A DNA stretch of 64,000 bases from an uncultured virus (IMG/VR IMGVR_UViG_3300030333_001670) (Duplodnaviria; Heunggongvirae; Uroviricota; Caudoviricetes): the IMG/VR virus record IMGVR_UViG_3300030333_001670. One strand, written 5' to 3'. A program made the translations under genes and the position numbers. Each line of letters opens with the position of its first letter. Position 1 is the first letter of the stretch. Under the pieces are notes generated by a model. The model did no database searches, was not told where the DNA came from, and saw only the letters and a list, made by a program, of their open reading frames with translations. Shown here piece by piece: positions 9,907 to 22,100 of this stretch.

Positions 9907-11439
9907 ATGGCAGCGTTATTAACAGATCAATTTAGAATCTTTTCTGCTCAAAAATTCATTAAAGCACTCGAAGGTCCAATATCGACACAGAGTGACTCCG
10001 ATGCTGGAGCAACTAGAGACAGGGTTTATATCTTTATTGGTAGACCTCAAGCTTGGGATGATGAAAACTCACCTCCACAAGCAGTAGACTCCTTTTTGGA
10101 ATTTTCGTCTTCCTATGACGATATGATTTCACTGAAGCGTGTATTAGCTGCCGACACGGTTCAAGTGGTACGTCGTATCGACTGGGTAAGTCCTGAGCAA
10201 ACTACTGGTGGTCTAGGTTTCACCTATGACATGTATCGTCACGATTACTCACCAAGTAAAACAGCATCATCTGGTGCTACAAAACTATACGATTCTGACT
10301 TTTATGTTGTAAACAGTCAGTATCAAGTCTATAAGTGCATATATAACGGTACAAGTCCATCCGACCCAAATGGTAAACCTTCCACAGTGGAGCCGACAGG
10401 TACTTCAACAAGTATTATCACTACCGCCGATAGCTATCGTTGGAAGTATCTTTATACTATTCCTGTTGCTTCCGTTTTAAAATTCTTTAGTAATGACTAT
10501 ATGCCTGTTTTCACCAATGATGCGGTGAAGACAAATGCTGTTGCTGGTGAAATTGATACCGTTGTGATAAACTCAGCAGGGTCAGGATATAACAATGGAA
10601 CCTATGACAATGTTGCTATTAACGGCGATGGGACTGGTGGTCGTGTCTCAATTGTCGTCGATGGTGGTCGCATTATTTCTGCTACTGTTACTTCTGGTGG
10701 TACTGGCTATACCTTTGGTAAAATTAGTATTGACAATATTACAGGTATTGGTACTGGTACTGGCGGTCAGGTGGACGTTATCATTCCTCCTCCTGGTGGT
10801 CATGGATATGATCCAGTGGTGGAGATGGGAGCGTTCAGGGTAATGATTAATGCCAAACTCTCATATGATGAGGGTGCTGGTGACTTCCCTGTAGATAATG
10901 ACTATCGTCGAATTGGTCTTATCACTAACCCATTAAAATTCGGCACAACTGAATTACTTGCTGACTTAACTGTATCAGCAGCTAAAGCAGTTATTTTCTC
11001 ACCTACATTCCAAGGTAACTACGTCCCTGATGAAATCATCACTCAGACAAGAGTAGTCGGAGGTACTAACGTTACGGCTCGTGGTAGAGTCATTTCATGG
11101 AATGCAACTACAAAGCTTTTGAAATACTATCAAAACGCAGTTGATGGTATATTCCCAGAAGTAACTGGTACTCTTAATGAATTTGATGGATCTAACGTAA
11201 TTAGTGGTGCGACGAGTGGTGCAGCAGGTGCTCCTGATGTTAACTTCCCAGCCGTCCCTAATTCCTCCTCACGTACCATCAACAATACTGAATATGATTT
11301 GGGTATGAAATTTAACAATGGTTATGCAAAACCTGAAATTAAATCCAACGATGGTCAAATCATTTACATCGATAACAGGAGATCCATTAGTCGTGCAAAC
11401 GACCAAATCGAAGACATTAAAATCGTAATAGAATTCTAA
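9907..11439 (+). CDS. g8: Baseplate wedge subunit gp8
   Basis: Motifs 'YIFIGRPQAW', 'VVRRIDW', 'YQVYKCIYN', 'YRWKYLYTIP', 'YRRIGLITNP' and 'IYIDNRRSISRANDQIEDIKIVIEF' of T4-like gp8. Confidence 0.9.
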   Translation: MAALLTDQFRIFSAQKFIKALEGPISTQSDSDAGATRDRVYIFIGRPQAWDDENSPPQAVDSFLEFSSSYDDMISLKRVLAADTVQVVRRIDWVSPEQTTGGLGFTYDMYRHDYSPSKTASSGATKLYDSDFYVVNSQYQVYKCIYNGTSPSDPNGKPSTVEPTGTSTSIITTADSYRWKYLYTIPVASVLKFFSNDYMPVFTNDAVKTNAVAGEIDTVVINSAGSGYNNGTYDNVAINGDGTGGRVSIVVDGGRIISATVTSGGTGYTFGKISIDNITGIGTGTGGQVDVIIPPPGGHGYDPVVEMGAFRVMINAKLSYDEGAGDFPVDNDYRRIGLITNPLKFGTTELLADLTVSAAKAVIFSPTFQGNYVPDEIITQTRVVGGTNVTARGRVISWNATTKLLKYYQNAVDGIFPEVTGTLNEFDGSNVISGATSGAAGAPDVNFPAVPNSSSRTINNTEYDLGMKFNNGYAKPEIKSNDGQIIYIDNRRSISRANDQIEDIKIVIEF

Positions 11440-11440
11440 G

Positions 11441-14400
11441 ATGGCACAGAATACCAACCTAAACGTCACTCCCTATTATGACGACTTTGATAAAAGTAAA
11501 AACTTTTATCGAGTGTTATATCGCCCTGGCTTCCCGATACAAGCTAGAGAGTTAACTACTTCACAGTCCATCTTACAAAACCAGATAGAAAACATTGGTG
11601 GTCATCTCTTTAAAGATGGTGCAATGGTTATTCCAGGTCAAGTTGGTTATGACCTGAATGTCGATTGTATCATGCTACAGGAGAGTTTCTTAGGAGCAGA
11701 AGTTGAGAATTATAGGTCTCAGTTAGACGGTTTAATTATAGAAGGTCTAACATCTGGTGTTAGAGCAAAAGTATTATATAGTATTTCATCTACCGATTCA
11801 GATAAAGGATATATTACTATCTACGTTAAGTATATCGAATCAGGTGGTACAAAAAATGACCAAGGAACATTCTCCAATAACGAGCAGTTAATTACAGAGA
11901 AGGAAATTACATTTGGTACAACTCTAATTGAGATTGGTTCACCATTTGCACAATTACTTCCTACTGCTGCATTACAAACTGGTAGTGTTGCTTATGTCCA
12001 AACAGGTGTCTACTACATTCGTGGTTTCTTTGTAGACGTACCTTATCAGTATATTTTATTAGATCAATATGGAAACACCCCATCCTATCGAGTCGGACTT
12101 GACATCCAAGAGTCTATCATCACCCCCGAAGATGACTTATCACTCAATGATAACGCAGCAGGCACATCTAATTATGCTGCTCCTGGTGCTCATAGGTTCC
12201 GAATAACCACAAAATTAAATAAGAAACTTTTAACAGACGACGCAGATAAAGATTTCATTGAATTACTTCGTATCAATGGGTCTAAGATTGAGAAACTCGT
12301 TGACCGTTCAGCTTATGATGAGTTAGAGAAATCATTAGCATTAAGGACATACGAAGAATCTGGCAACTATGTTGTATCTGATTTCCAGATCACCATGAGA
12401 CAAAACCTCTCTGATGGTTTTAATAATGGTGTTTATACTACTGGTCAGACTACTTCTGGTGGTGTAACTGCTGCTGAGAATCTATTTTCAGTAGAGTTAG
12501 GTCCAGGTCTTGCTTATGTTAGAGGTTATAGAATTAAAACGTTATCCCCAACTTATGTTGACTTAGAAAAACCAAGGGATACAGACTCAGTACAAAACAA
12601 AATCATTCCATTTGAATTGGGTAACTGGGCAAGAATTAACAACATGTATGGTTTCCCTAATCTAACAGGTTCTACTGTACAAAATAACTATCAAGTTATT
12701 GAGTTGCGTGATACTTATTCAGGTACTCCTGGTGACCAGCAAGGTAATCTTATTGGATATGCTCGTACTGCTGCTATTGAGCATGTTGAAGACCCTGATA
12801 ATACTTTCGGTAACCCTGATGACAAATATAAGATAAACATCTTTGATGTACAGATGTTTACTTTGGTTACTCTATCATCTGCTAAGTCAGTTGACCAAGG
12901 GTCAATACTTGTAGGTGGTACATCTGGTGCAAGAGGATATATTGTTAACACAGTATCATCCAATGATGATTGGATTTTATATCAAGTAGAAGGTACATTC
13001 GTAAAAGGAGAGATGCTTTTACTCAATGGTGAAAATGTTGACACCATTGCTGATGTCCATAGTTATAAGTTCTCTGACACTCGTCAGTTACTTACAAGAG
13101 ATGAGAGCACAAGTGCAGTTGAATTTACTGCTGACTTGGTTCTTGAAGATATTCTTAGACTAGAAGGTGACTCATTCACTTATGATGCTACTGGTGGTTC
13201 TGAAAAGATTACTGGTTTAAACTCTAACTTCGCTATTGACTTACGTCCTGGTGATAGAGTTTACTTTAGCTCAACTAAGTATGTTGATATTGATAAGGTA
13301 ACTCCAGGTAGTTTAAGTTCTACTGGTATGGCTAGCATATTTAATTATGGTAACCAGACTGCTAATGTAACTCCTGGTGCTGGTGGTGCTGCCCCTACTG
13401 CTGGAGAATATACAGTATTGGTTAGATACCGTGGTAAATTACAAGGTATTGACAATGCTGACCTATTCAGTCCAATGCCTAAGAAATACATCAAGAGTAT
13501 TTCTGACGAATCATCTATTGTTAGAAGGACATTTGATGCACAAACTGTTGCTTCAAATGCTGTATCAATAACTCTACCTGAGAATGAGCAGTTTGTTGCA
13601 TTAGACCAAGAGCATTATAATATTACTGTATTAGCAGGTAGTAATAGCACACACCCTGTAGGTGACCAACTTGCTATTAACACTACTAACTCTGGTAGTG
13701 TAGGTTATTGCACATTCACAACATCTGATAGGACTACTCTATCGATTGCTAACCTAACAAACATTACTTCTATTAAAGTTACAGCAACAGTATCTAAGAA
13801 CGTAACTACTAAGAAGACAAAATCAATGAAAGAGATGTTTGTCTTGAAAGTTAATAAGACAATTAGAAGTCTCGATAAGCCTCAGTATGGTTTGACATTC
13901 TCCACACTGTATGGCACAAGAATTGAAGATAAAGATATATCATTAGGTTTAGTTGATGCATATAGATTACATGCTATCTACGAATCATATGATGATAATG
14001 AAGCAGTTGTACCAAGTGTAACTCTAGTTGAGCCAGTATTCTTTGCTACTAATACTATCGTTACAGGTAGAACATCAGCAGCAAGAGCAAAGGTTGTTGA
14101 ATTTGCATCTGCAAGTTTGAAACTAAGTCTTGTTTATGTTGGTGATACTCAGTTTGTACCAGGTGAAACTATTACTGGTCAAGATAGTGCAGGAAATGCA
14201 ATCACTGGTATTATCAATGACGGTGCAGCATCAGTTGTTAAAGGATCTAAAGTTGTTACTGACAACTTCTACTTAGAAGATGGTCAGACAGGATTTATAT
14301 ACGATACAGCAAGATGTATTCGTAAGAAAGGTGTTTCAAAACCAATTCGTCAGTTGAAGATTGTTTGTGATTTCTATCAGCATTCTTCTACAGGTGATTA

Positions 14401-17400
14401 CTTCTCTGGTCAATCATATCTTAATACAGCATATACAGATATTCCATTCTTTAATGTCAACTTCTTGGCAGATTACTTAGATTGGAGACCAGGTGCTAAG
14501 AATCTTTATAGTGATGCAGGTACAATTAATACTCCTGCATATGTAAACTGCTCTACTTTTGACTTTAAGTCAAGAGTATTCACGATTGGTGGCACAACTA
14601 ACTCTACTATCTTTGATATTCCTAAGTTAGATAGTGATTTCCGTTGTGACTTTGATTGGTATCTACCTAGGACTGATAAGATATTCTTACTTCCTAATGG
14701 TGAATTCCAGATTGTTAAAGGTAAGTCATCATCTGAACCACAAGACCCAGATAGTCTAAAAGATGGTATGCATCTTGCTACCCTTAAGCATAGACCATAT
14801 GGATTTGGAGATGATAACGATACCGTAATTAAGAGGTCTGATAATAGACGCTATACTATGAGAGACATTGGTGCTCTTGAGCGTAGATTAGACCAAGTTG
14901 AGTATTATACTTCACTCAACATGCTTGAAACTGATACTTTCAATACTACTATTGTAGATTCTACTGGTAAGGATCGTTTCAAAAATGGATTTATTGTTGA
15001 TGACTTTGCAGATCATAGTAAGTCAGATACATCCCATGAAGATTTTGGTGCTTCATTAGACTTTAGAGAAGGTATTTGTAGAGCATCTCACTATACAACT
15101 AACGTTGCCTTAATACTTAATACTACATTATCAACAAACTATCAGGTAACTGGTCCACTAATCTCGTTACCTTATACAGAATTTAAAATCATTGACCAAC
15201 CTTATGCTTCCAGAGTTGAAAACGTTAACCCATTTAACGTCTTCACATATATTGGACGTATTGATTTAACTCCATCATCTGATGATTGGATTGATACTGA
15301 AAGACTACCTGAAAGAGTTATCCCAACTGAGGGTGATTTCCAACAAGTATCTGGTGAATTAGGTGTTGACCAGAATGGAATGTTACCTATTGAGTGGGGA
15401 TCATGGCAGACTAACTGGGGTGGTGATGAAGAAGTTATTTCCTCTGAGGTTGTACATAACCAGCATTGGATAGCAGAAGATATTGGTAAGTCACCTCGAC
15501 CTGATGTATGGGATGGTCGTGGTATGCGTCGTATTAACAGAGTTACTACGATTAGAGTTAATGCAGGTCAGTCAAGAGAAGGTATTAGGACTAGAGTTGT
15601 ACCAAGGATTGATAGAGTATCACAGGGTGATAGACTTATATCTGCAACTACTATACCTTGGGTAAGGTCAAGAAACCTTGCTGTGAATGTTGTCCGTATG
15701 AAGCCTAGGACTCAATTCTTCACATTCTTTGATGGCACAAATATAGATGGTTATATAATGCCTAAGATTATTGAGTTAGTTAAGGATCCTGCTGTGGATG
15801 CTAGGACAAACTCAACTCCATTTGTTATTGGAGAAACCGTTGTAGGTGAGACAAGTGGTGTAAGATTTAAAGTTGCAGCACCTAATGATAAGTTTGAATA
15901 CAGTCCATATGATGATACTGCAACTGCTACATCATATGCATCAACTACTGCATATCTAAACATCGACCTTGACTCTCTTGCAGAGCAAGCAGTTGGTGAT
16001 TACTATGGTAATATGCAAGTTGGTGAGATTCTAACAGGTGCTTCAGGTGCTAAAGCAGTTGTTAAAGATAGAAGAGTCCTTTCTGATAGATTAGGTCAAT
16101 TCTCTGGGTCATTCTTTATTCCAAATCCAGGTGTAAATACTAACCCACGTTGGGCTACTGGTAGTAGGACATTACGTTTTACTACATCTGATTCAGATAG
16201 TAGACTTGCTGGTACAGTAGATTCATCTGCTGAAACTGAATACTCAGCAACAGGTACATTAAATACAGTCCAAGAAAATATTCTTGCTATAAGAAATGCT
16301 GAAGTTGTCCGTGATACAGTAACAGAAGAAAGAGTTATTAATACCACTAGGACAGAGACAAGACAGATTGGTTGGTATGACCCTCTTGCACAATCATTTA
16401 TTTGTGACGAAGAAGGTGGTGTATATCTAACTTCTGTTGACGTTTACTTCAATACAAAAGATACAAACATCCCTATCTCAATGCAGATAAGGACTATGGA
16501 AAATGGTTATCCTACGAAGACCATTCTTCCATTCTCTGATACAACTTTAAACCCATCACAAGTTCAGTTATCTGAAGTTGGTGCGGTTGCTACTAAGTTT
16601 ACATTCAGAGCACCAGTTTATATTCCTCAGTCTCAAGAGCATTGTTTCGTATTGCTCTCTGACTCCAACTCATATCAGGTTTGGATATCTCGAATGGGTG
16701 AGTTAGATATTACTGGAGACAGGACTATATCTGAGCAGCCATATGCTGGTGTGTTATTCAAATCACAAAACGCATCTACATGGACTGCTGACCAATACGA
16801 AGATTTGAAGTTTAGTATCTATAGAGCAGAATTCGATAATAGTGGTAATACTCAGGTTACATTAAACAACGCTAAACTAGGTGTTGGTAATAAAGGTGTA
16901 TTAGCACTGAGAAGAGATCCTATTGAAACTTTCCAACCTCAAATTCGTTTAGTACTTAACTCTACAACACTACCATATACTGTTGGTGCTAGAGTTTATC
17001 AGAAGACAACTCTTGCAGAAGGTACAATTGTTAAAGTTGAAACCTTAACTGCTGGTGTTGCTATTACATTAGATAATATCTCAGGTACATTTGCACAAGG
17101 TTCTTCTGCTGGTGGTACCGTAACTAACCGTATCGTATCATCTAAGACAACTGCTGCAATGACTGTAACAGGTGCATCTGGTGCATTTACTGTTGGAGAA
17201 ACCATTACTGGTAACTCCTCTGGTGCTCCAACTGCTGTTGTAGGTACTTGGACAGACAATGGTGGTGGTGCAGCAACGTTTGCATTGACATCTGTCTCTG
17301 ATGACTTTACCAACTCAACTGAAGTTATAACAGGTGGCACATCTGGTAAGACTGCAACTGTTAATGTCTTCACTCCATCTGGTGACGCTGTAGAGACTGG

Positions 17401-18667
17401 AGCAATTTCCGATGCATTCCCTGACGTTACACCAACATATACTACTGATCAAAGGAAGATTAAGGTGTATCATACTAATCATGCAATGCATGACATCTCA
17501 AACAATGTCACATTGACAGGTTTGATATCTGAGATTAGTGATACATATCTAACTGCTGCTATTTCAGCAACAGATACATCCATAACAGTTAATGATGCTA
17601 GTGCATTCCATAAGACAATTAATGGACAAGCAATTAGTGCATCTAACGTAGGATTTATTAAGATTGGTACTGAAATAATGTCATACTCTGCTATCTCTAA
17701 TGATGGTAAGACAATGACTATTCAAGCAAGAGCACAAGATAATACAACTGCTGCATCTCATGCAGATGAGTCTGTAGTGTCCTGTTATAACCTTGATGGT
17801 ATTCCTTTACCAGAATTGAATAAGACACATGCTGCTATTCAGAATCCTACATTGGATTCTTATGAAATTGCAGTTACATCTCTTGGTGATGTAGGTATTA
17901 GAGGTGGTGGTGCAAATGCAACTGCTACTCAAAACTTACAGTTTGAGAATATCGTTCCTCAAATCCAGAGGATGATTCTACCTAAGACTTCTATTACAGC
18001 AAGAGCAAACTTCATTAGTGGCACATCTATTAACGATGGTGCAACATCACTATCTGGTTCTTTTGCAAATGATGGAATCTTCTATGACCTTCTAATACAA
18101 AACAACAATCAGTTGACCTCACCTAAACTGATTTGTTCACAGATTAATGAATCTGAAGAATTGAGTGGTGAGAAGTCTTTAAGGTTAGATTTAAACTTAA
18201 AGACAACAGCAACTAACGTTTCTCCTATTATTGATACTGATAGGATGAGTGCAGTATTAGTTTCTAACCGAATTAATAACCCAAGTAATATAGATTCTGC
18301 TAAACTTTCTACTGGTGATGAGCATGAAGCAGTTTATATAACAAGAACTGCTACATTGACAAACTCTTCTGGTGCTATTAAAGCAATGTTTGCGGCTTTC
18401 CGCCCAACTAATGCTATTATTAGAGTCCTATATAGAGTGCGTCCAACTGGAAACACTGACCCAATTGAAAAATTCGGGTTTGAATTCTTCCCTACCGCTA
18501 ATCAGATAGTACCTGGTACAACTGATAACTACGTGTTTAAGGATTATGAATATGAGGTTTCTGGTTTGTCGTTTGACCAATTCCAGATTAAGATTGTATT
18601 CGCTTCACCAAGTCAAGCATACAGTCCTGTAATTAAAGACTTTAGAGGAATCGCTTTAGCAATCTAA
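11441..18667 (+). CDS. VrlC-like / DUF4815 large virion structural protein
   Basis: N-terminal 'NLNVTPYYDDFD..KNFYRVLYRPGFPIQARELT', plus 'RYTMRDIG.LE.R...VEYYTSL', 'RFKNGFIVDDF' and 'WYDPLAQSF' motifs. Confidence 0.85.
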   Translation: MAQNTNLNVTPYYDDFDKSKNFYRVLYRPGFPIQARELTTSQSILQNQIENIGGHLFKDGAMVIPGQVGYDLNVDCIMLQESFLGAEVENYRSQLDGLIIEGLTSGVRAKVLYSISSTDSDKGYITIYVKYIESGGTKNDQGTFSNNEQLITEKEITFGTTLIEIGSPFAQLLPTAALQTGSVAYVQTGVYYIRGFFVDVPYQYILLDQYGNTPSYRVGLDIQESIITPEDDLSLNDNAAGTSNYAAPGAHRFRITTKLNKKLLTDDADKDFIELLRINGSKIEKLVDRSAYDELEKSLALRTYEESGNYVVSDFQITMRQNLSDGFNNGVYTTGQTTSGGVTAAENLFSVELGPGLAYVRGYRIKTLSPTYVDLEKPRDTDSVQNKIIPFELGNWARINNMYGFPNLTGSTVQNNYQVIELRDTYSGTPGDQQGNLIGYARTAAIEHVEDPDNTFGNPDDKYKINIFDVQMFTLVTLSSAKSVDQGSILVGGTSGARGYIVNTVSSNDDWILYQVEGTFVKGEMLLLNGENVDTIADVHSYKFSDTRQLLTRDESTSAVEFTADLVLEDILRLEGDSFTYDATGGSEKITGLNSNFAIDLRPGDRVYFSSTKYVDIDKVTPGSLSSTGMASIFNYGNQTANVTPGAGGAAPTAGEYTVLVRYRGKLQGIDNADLFSPMPKKYIKSISDESSIVRRTFDAQTVASNAVSITLPENEQFVALDQEHYNITVLAGSNSTHPVGDQLAINTTNSGSVGYCTFTTSDRTTLSIANLTNITSIKVTATVSKNVTTKKTKSMKEMFVLKVNKTIRSLDKPQYGLTFSTLYGTRIEDKDISLGLVDAYRLHAIYESYDDNEAVVPSVTLVEPVFFATNTIVTGRTSAARAKVVEFASASLKLSLVYVGDTQFVPGETITGQDSAGNAITGIINDGAASVVKGSKVVTDNFYLEDGQTGFIYDTARCIRKKGVSKPIRQLKIVCDFYQHSSTGDYFSGQSYLNTAYTDIPFFNVNFLADYLDWRPGAKNLYSDAGTINTPAYVNCSTFDFKSRVFTIGGTTNSTIFDIPKLDSDFRCDFDWYLPRTDKIFLLPNGEFQIVKGKSSSEPQDPDSLKDGMHLATLKHRPYGFGDDNDTVIKRSDNRRYTMRDIGALERRLDQVEYYTSLNMLETDTFNTTIVDSTGKDRFKNGFIVDDFADHSKSDTSHEDFGASLDFREGICRASHYTTNVALILNTTLSTNYQVTGPLISLPYTEFKIIDQPYASRVENVNPFNVFTYIGRIDLTPSSDDWIDTERLPERVIPTEGDFQQVSGELGVDQNGMLPIEWGSWQTNWGGDEEVISSEVVHNQHWIAEDIGKSPRPDVWDGRGMRRINRVTTIRVNAGQSREGIRTRVVPRIDRVSQGDRLISATTIPWVRSRNLAVNVVRMKPRTQFFTFFDGTNIDGYIMPKIIELVKDPAVDARTNSTPFVIGETVVGETSGVRFKVAAPNDKFEYSPYDDTATATSYASTTAYLNIDLDSLAEQAVGDYYGNMQVGEILTGASGAKAVVKDRRVLSDRLGQFSGSFFIPNPGVNTNPRWATGSRTLRFTTSDSDSRLAGTVDSSAETEYSATGTLNTVQENILAIRNAEVVRDTVTEERVINTTRTETRQIGWYDPLAQSFICDEEGGVYLTSVDVYFNTKDTNIPISMQIRTMENGYPTKTILPFSDTTLNPSQVQLSEVGAVATKFTFRAPVYIPQSQEHCFVLLSDSNSYQVWISRMGELDITGDRTISEQPYAGVLFKSQNASTWTADQYEDLKFSIYRAEFDNSGNTQVTLNNAKLGVGNKGVLALRRDPIETFQPQIRLVLNSTTLPYTVGARVYQKTTLAEGTIVKVETLTAGVAITLDNISGTFAQGSSAGGTVTNRIVSSKTTAAMTVTGASGAFTVGETITGNSSGAPTAVVGTWTDNGGGAATFALTSVSDDFTNSTEVITGGTSGKTATVNVFTPSGDAVETGAISDAFPDVTPTYTTDQRKIKVYHTNHAMHDISNNVTLTGLISEISDTYLTAAISATDTSITVNDASAFHKTINGQAISASNVGFIKIGTEIMSYSAISNDGKTMTIQARAQDNTTAASHADESVVSCYNLDGIPLPELNKTHAAIQNPTLDSYEIAVTSLGDVGIRGGGANATATQNLQFENIVPQIQRMILPKTSITARANFISGTSINDGATSLSGSFANDGIFYDLLIQNNNQLTSPKLICSQINESEELSGEKSLRLDLNLKTTATNVSPIIDTDRMSAVLVSNRINNPSNIDSAKLSTGDEHEAVYITRTATLTNSSGAIKAMFAAFRPTNAIIRVLYRVRPTGNTDPIEKFGFEFFPTANQIVPGTTDNYVFKDYEYEVSGLSFDQFQIKIVFASPSQAYSPVIKDFRGIALAI

Positions 18668-18903
18668 TGAAAGTGCCAGTGAAAGACCTACAGGGATGGT
18701 TTAAAGATACCGACTCTGGAGGGGTTGATTTAGGAAATCAATCAGCATATTTAAAATATATGGCAGGAGTAAATGCTGAGAAGGCTAAAGAAAAGAAGAT
18801 TAACACTTTACAAAATGATGTTTCTGAGTTAAAATCTGAATTGGGTGAAATTAAATCCTTATTACTAACGTTAGCTAAAGATCATGACAGACCAACCAGT
18901 TGA
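18667..18903 (+). CDS. Small coiled-coil hypothetical protein
   Basis: TAATG coupling to the upstream gene; heptad-like C-terminus. Confidence 0.7.
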   Translation: MKVPVKDLQGWFKDTDSGGVDLGNQSAYLKYMAGVNAEKAKEKKINTLQNDVSELKSELGEIKSLLLTLAKDHDRPTS

Positions 18904-19114
18904 AAAGGTTTCCCAAGAGGAAATGCAGTCACAGTTTCAAACAAGGTACACTGCCTTGCTAGAAGAAAACAAAAAATTGGCTGCAAAAATTAGAGAAAAT
19001 GAAGTTACTGCCCTGAAATTACAAGGTGCTTTAGAGACACTGGATTACTTTATAGAGAAACCAGAAGAACCTGAAAACACTAACGTAACAGACGAAATAG
19101 TCACGGGGGAGTAA
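18884..19114 (+). CDS. Small coiled-coil hypothetical protein
   Basis: Overlaps the previous ORF and ends inside the terminator hairpin. Confidence 0.65.
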   Translation: MTDQPVEKVSQEEMQSQFQTRYTALLEENKKLAAKIRENEVTALKLQGALETLDYFIEKPEEPENTNVTDEIVTGE

Positions 19115-19126
19115 GTCCCCCTTTTT
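19105..19126 (+). terminator. Rho-independent terminator
   Basis: GGGGGA-GTAAG-TCCCCC followed by TTTTT. Confidence 0.75.
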
Positions 19127-19131
19127 AATGA

Positions 19132-19139
19132 CATAAATA
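19132..19139 (+). promoter_or_regulatory. Late promoter (CATAAATA)
   Basis: ATAAATA box right after the terminator and upstream of the fibre gene. Confidence 0.65.
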
Positions 19140-19173
19140 ACTTGGAAGCAAGTACTAGCGTTGTCCTAACAAA

Positions 19174-22100
19174 ATGGCAAATAGAATTCAATTAAGACGA
19201 GGTGGTGCCCAAGAATGGGCAAACGCCAACCCTACACTAGCACAAGGTGAGTTAGGTATAGAGTTGGATACTGGTCGGTTTAAAATCGGAGATGGTGTAA
19301 CCGCATGGAACTCATTACGTTATGAGAGACCAGTAGAATCAACTTCAAACACTGCAAATACTTTAGTACAACGAGATGCCGACGGTAACTTTGCTGCTGG
19401 CACAATTACTTCAACGCTTATTGGTAACTCTTCTACTGCTTCAAGACTTGCTTCAACTAGACAATTTCAATTAGCTGATGACGTTTCTGCTACTGGTGTT
19501 TTTGATGGTAGTGCAAACCTAACGCTTAATACTTCTCTTTCACTTATTTCTACTCTGCCTCATTATGATGGCACAGCAACACCTACTGGGACATATACTA
19601 AAGTAGTAGTTGATGCTAAAGGTAGAATTACAAATGCTTCAAACCCAACTACTCTTGCTGCATATGGTCTCGACGGTACAGTTGAGGGATCATCTGCTCA
19701 ACCATATGATAATGATCTGATTGCTGTTGCAGGATTAACAACTACTGGATTAATTTCTAGGACTTCTGCTGGTACTATGGCAACCAGGACTATCACTGGT
19801 ACTGCACAAAGAATTCAAATTTCAGATGGTGGTGGTATATCAGCAAACCCAACCATTGACCTAATTACAACTGCTGTAACTGCTGCTGAATATAACGCAG
19901 CATCATTAACATCTGCTGGTGGATCACAGACTGTTAACGCTACAAACTATACAGTTGATGCATATGGTAGACTAACAGCATCAGCGACACTTCCTATTGC
20001 AACAGCAGTAGAAGGAACTACAGCAGCAGCATATAATGCAGCAACGACCTATTCCAGAGACGATAAGATTACTAACGCATCGAAGCTTTATCAAGCCATT
20101 GCGGGTATTTCGGCAGGAGCTGGGGCACCAACTCATTCAGATACTAGCGATGCTGGATCGTGGAGATACTTGGGTGCTGTTACAACACAACAAAAAGGAC
20201 TCGCTTCCTTTGCTCAAGAAGATTTTGATGTATCAGCAGCAGGTCATGTTAGCATTTCTGCTGCTGGTGTTGACAATACTCAACTTCAAAACAATAAAAT
20301 ATCCTTCTCTGATAGCAATACGAAGGAAGACTTCTCGTTAGACAGTGAGAAGACTGCTGCTACAGCAAACAAAGGTTTTAACTATCTTAACTATGTCAAG
20401 GTTAATAACACAAGTGGTGCTTTACTGTTTGGCGCAAATAATACGGGTGATGGTGGTGCTGGAGAGATTGATGTCAACGTCAGATCCTATTTCAGTGATC
20501 CAGACGTTACCTTCGACGGAGGGGCTTCACAAACTATAGACAAGACTGGTGATGGAAACTTCACTATTCAGTCTACACAGAATTCAAGTAATGCTAGAAC
20601 ATTTAATTTAGGTGTTACTAACTCTGGTGCAGGATCAAGCACACTTAATATTACAGCAGAAGACTTAGTTGATATTAAAGCAACTGAAGGAACTAATGGT
20701 AAGGTACATGTTGAAGGGACAAAATTCCAAGCTGATTACATAGGATCAACTGGTGCTACTCTACACCTCGACCCAGGTGATGATAGAGCTGTCTCTGGTA
20801 CCTGTAGGATACATGGAGATTTACAAGTAGATGGCACGACTACAACAGTTAATTCCACTACTATGCAGGTGGATGATGTTATTCTTACTCTTGGCGGTGA
20901 TACTGCTCCAACTTCGGACGACAATAAGGATCGAGGAGTTGAATTCAGATACTATGACTCTCAAGCAAGAATTGGATTCTTTGGTTACGACGATTCGGCC
21001 TCTGATCTTGGAGGTCATACAGGAGCATTCTCCTTCCTCTACAATGCCACAAATACCTCAGAAGTATTCTCTGGAACAGATGCAGGGATCATCGCTGGTA
21101 ATTTAAAACTTACAACAAATACTAACTCAACATCTAATACTACTGGAGATTTGGTAGTAGCAGGTGGTGCTGGTATTGGACAAGCAGTTAATATTGGTGG
21201 ACTTTTAGATGTAGATGGGACATTCCGTGCCAACTCTACAAGTAGATTTGATGATAATATTGTATTCCAAGGTGCTTCTAAGACATTTGAATTAAAGAAT
21301 GGTAGTGGCACAACTAAAACTACCTTCCATACTACAACAGGTAATGCTGAGATTGGTGGTGTCTTAACTAACACTGGTAATATCGATGCTAATGCTAATC
21401 TAAACGTAGCATCTTTAGTTTACTTTGAATCAACTGATGAGCCTAACGTTGCTCTAAACAACAGCACAAACCTTTATGAAATTCAGAGTAGTGACTATGG
21501 TGCATTAAGATGTGATGGTGGTGGTTACTTTGCTAAGGATGTGTTATTTAATAATGACATCTATCTAAATGGTAACTTCAACCAGAGAGATAGTGGAACA
21601 GAGAGTTGGGGTTTACGGAACTGGTTGCAGGTAAGATATAAGTTTAGGGTTGGTAGTAGTGTTGCTTACAATCCAACTTATGCTACACACAATACTTCTA
21701 ACCTAAGAGTATATGGTGGTGGAGGTATTGCTCAGAATTTACATATTGGTGCTACAGGATCTGGCGAAGGTCTTTTCGTTGGTAAGAAAAACTCTGGAGA
21801 CACAGTTAAGTTTAGTGTCCTAGGTGCTACAGGTAATACAGAAATTCAAGGTACTCTTGATGTAACAAATGGAGTTGACTTTGATTCGACTCTAAACGTT
21901 GATGGTGGAGCAACATTCCAAGACAATGTTACTATCAACGCAGATAACAAATTCTTTAAAGTACAAAACAATTCATCTGCTGACAAGTTTACTATTGATA
22001 CAGACAATGGTAATACAGTTGTTGCAGGTGACCTCACTGTAAATGGTGCAGGTGATTTTGATACGACTTTAAATGTAGATGGTAATGCTACTTTCCAAAG

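Noticed and set aside
19174..19330. Mtd-like N-terminus suggesting a diversity-generating retroelement
   Set aside because: No reverse transcriptase and no template/variable repeat pair with adenine-specific differences was seen in the window.
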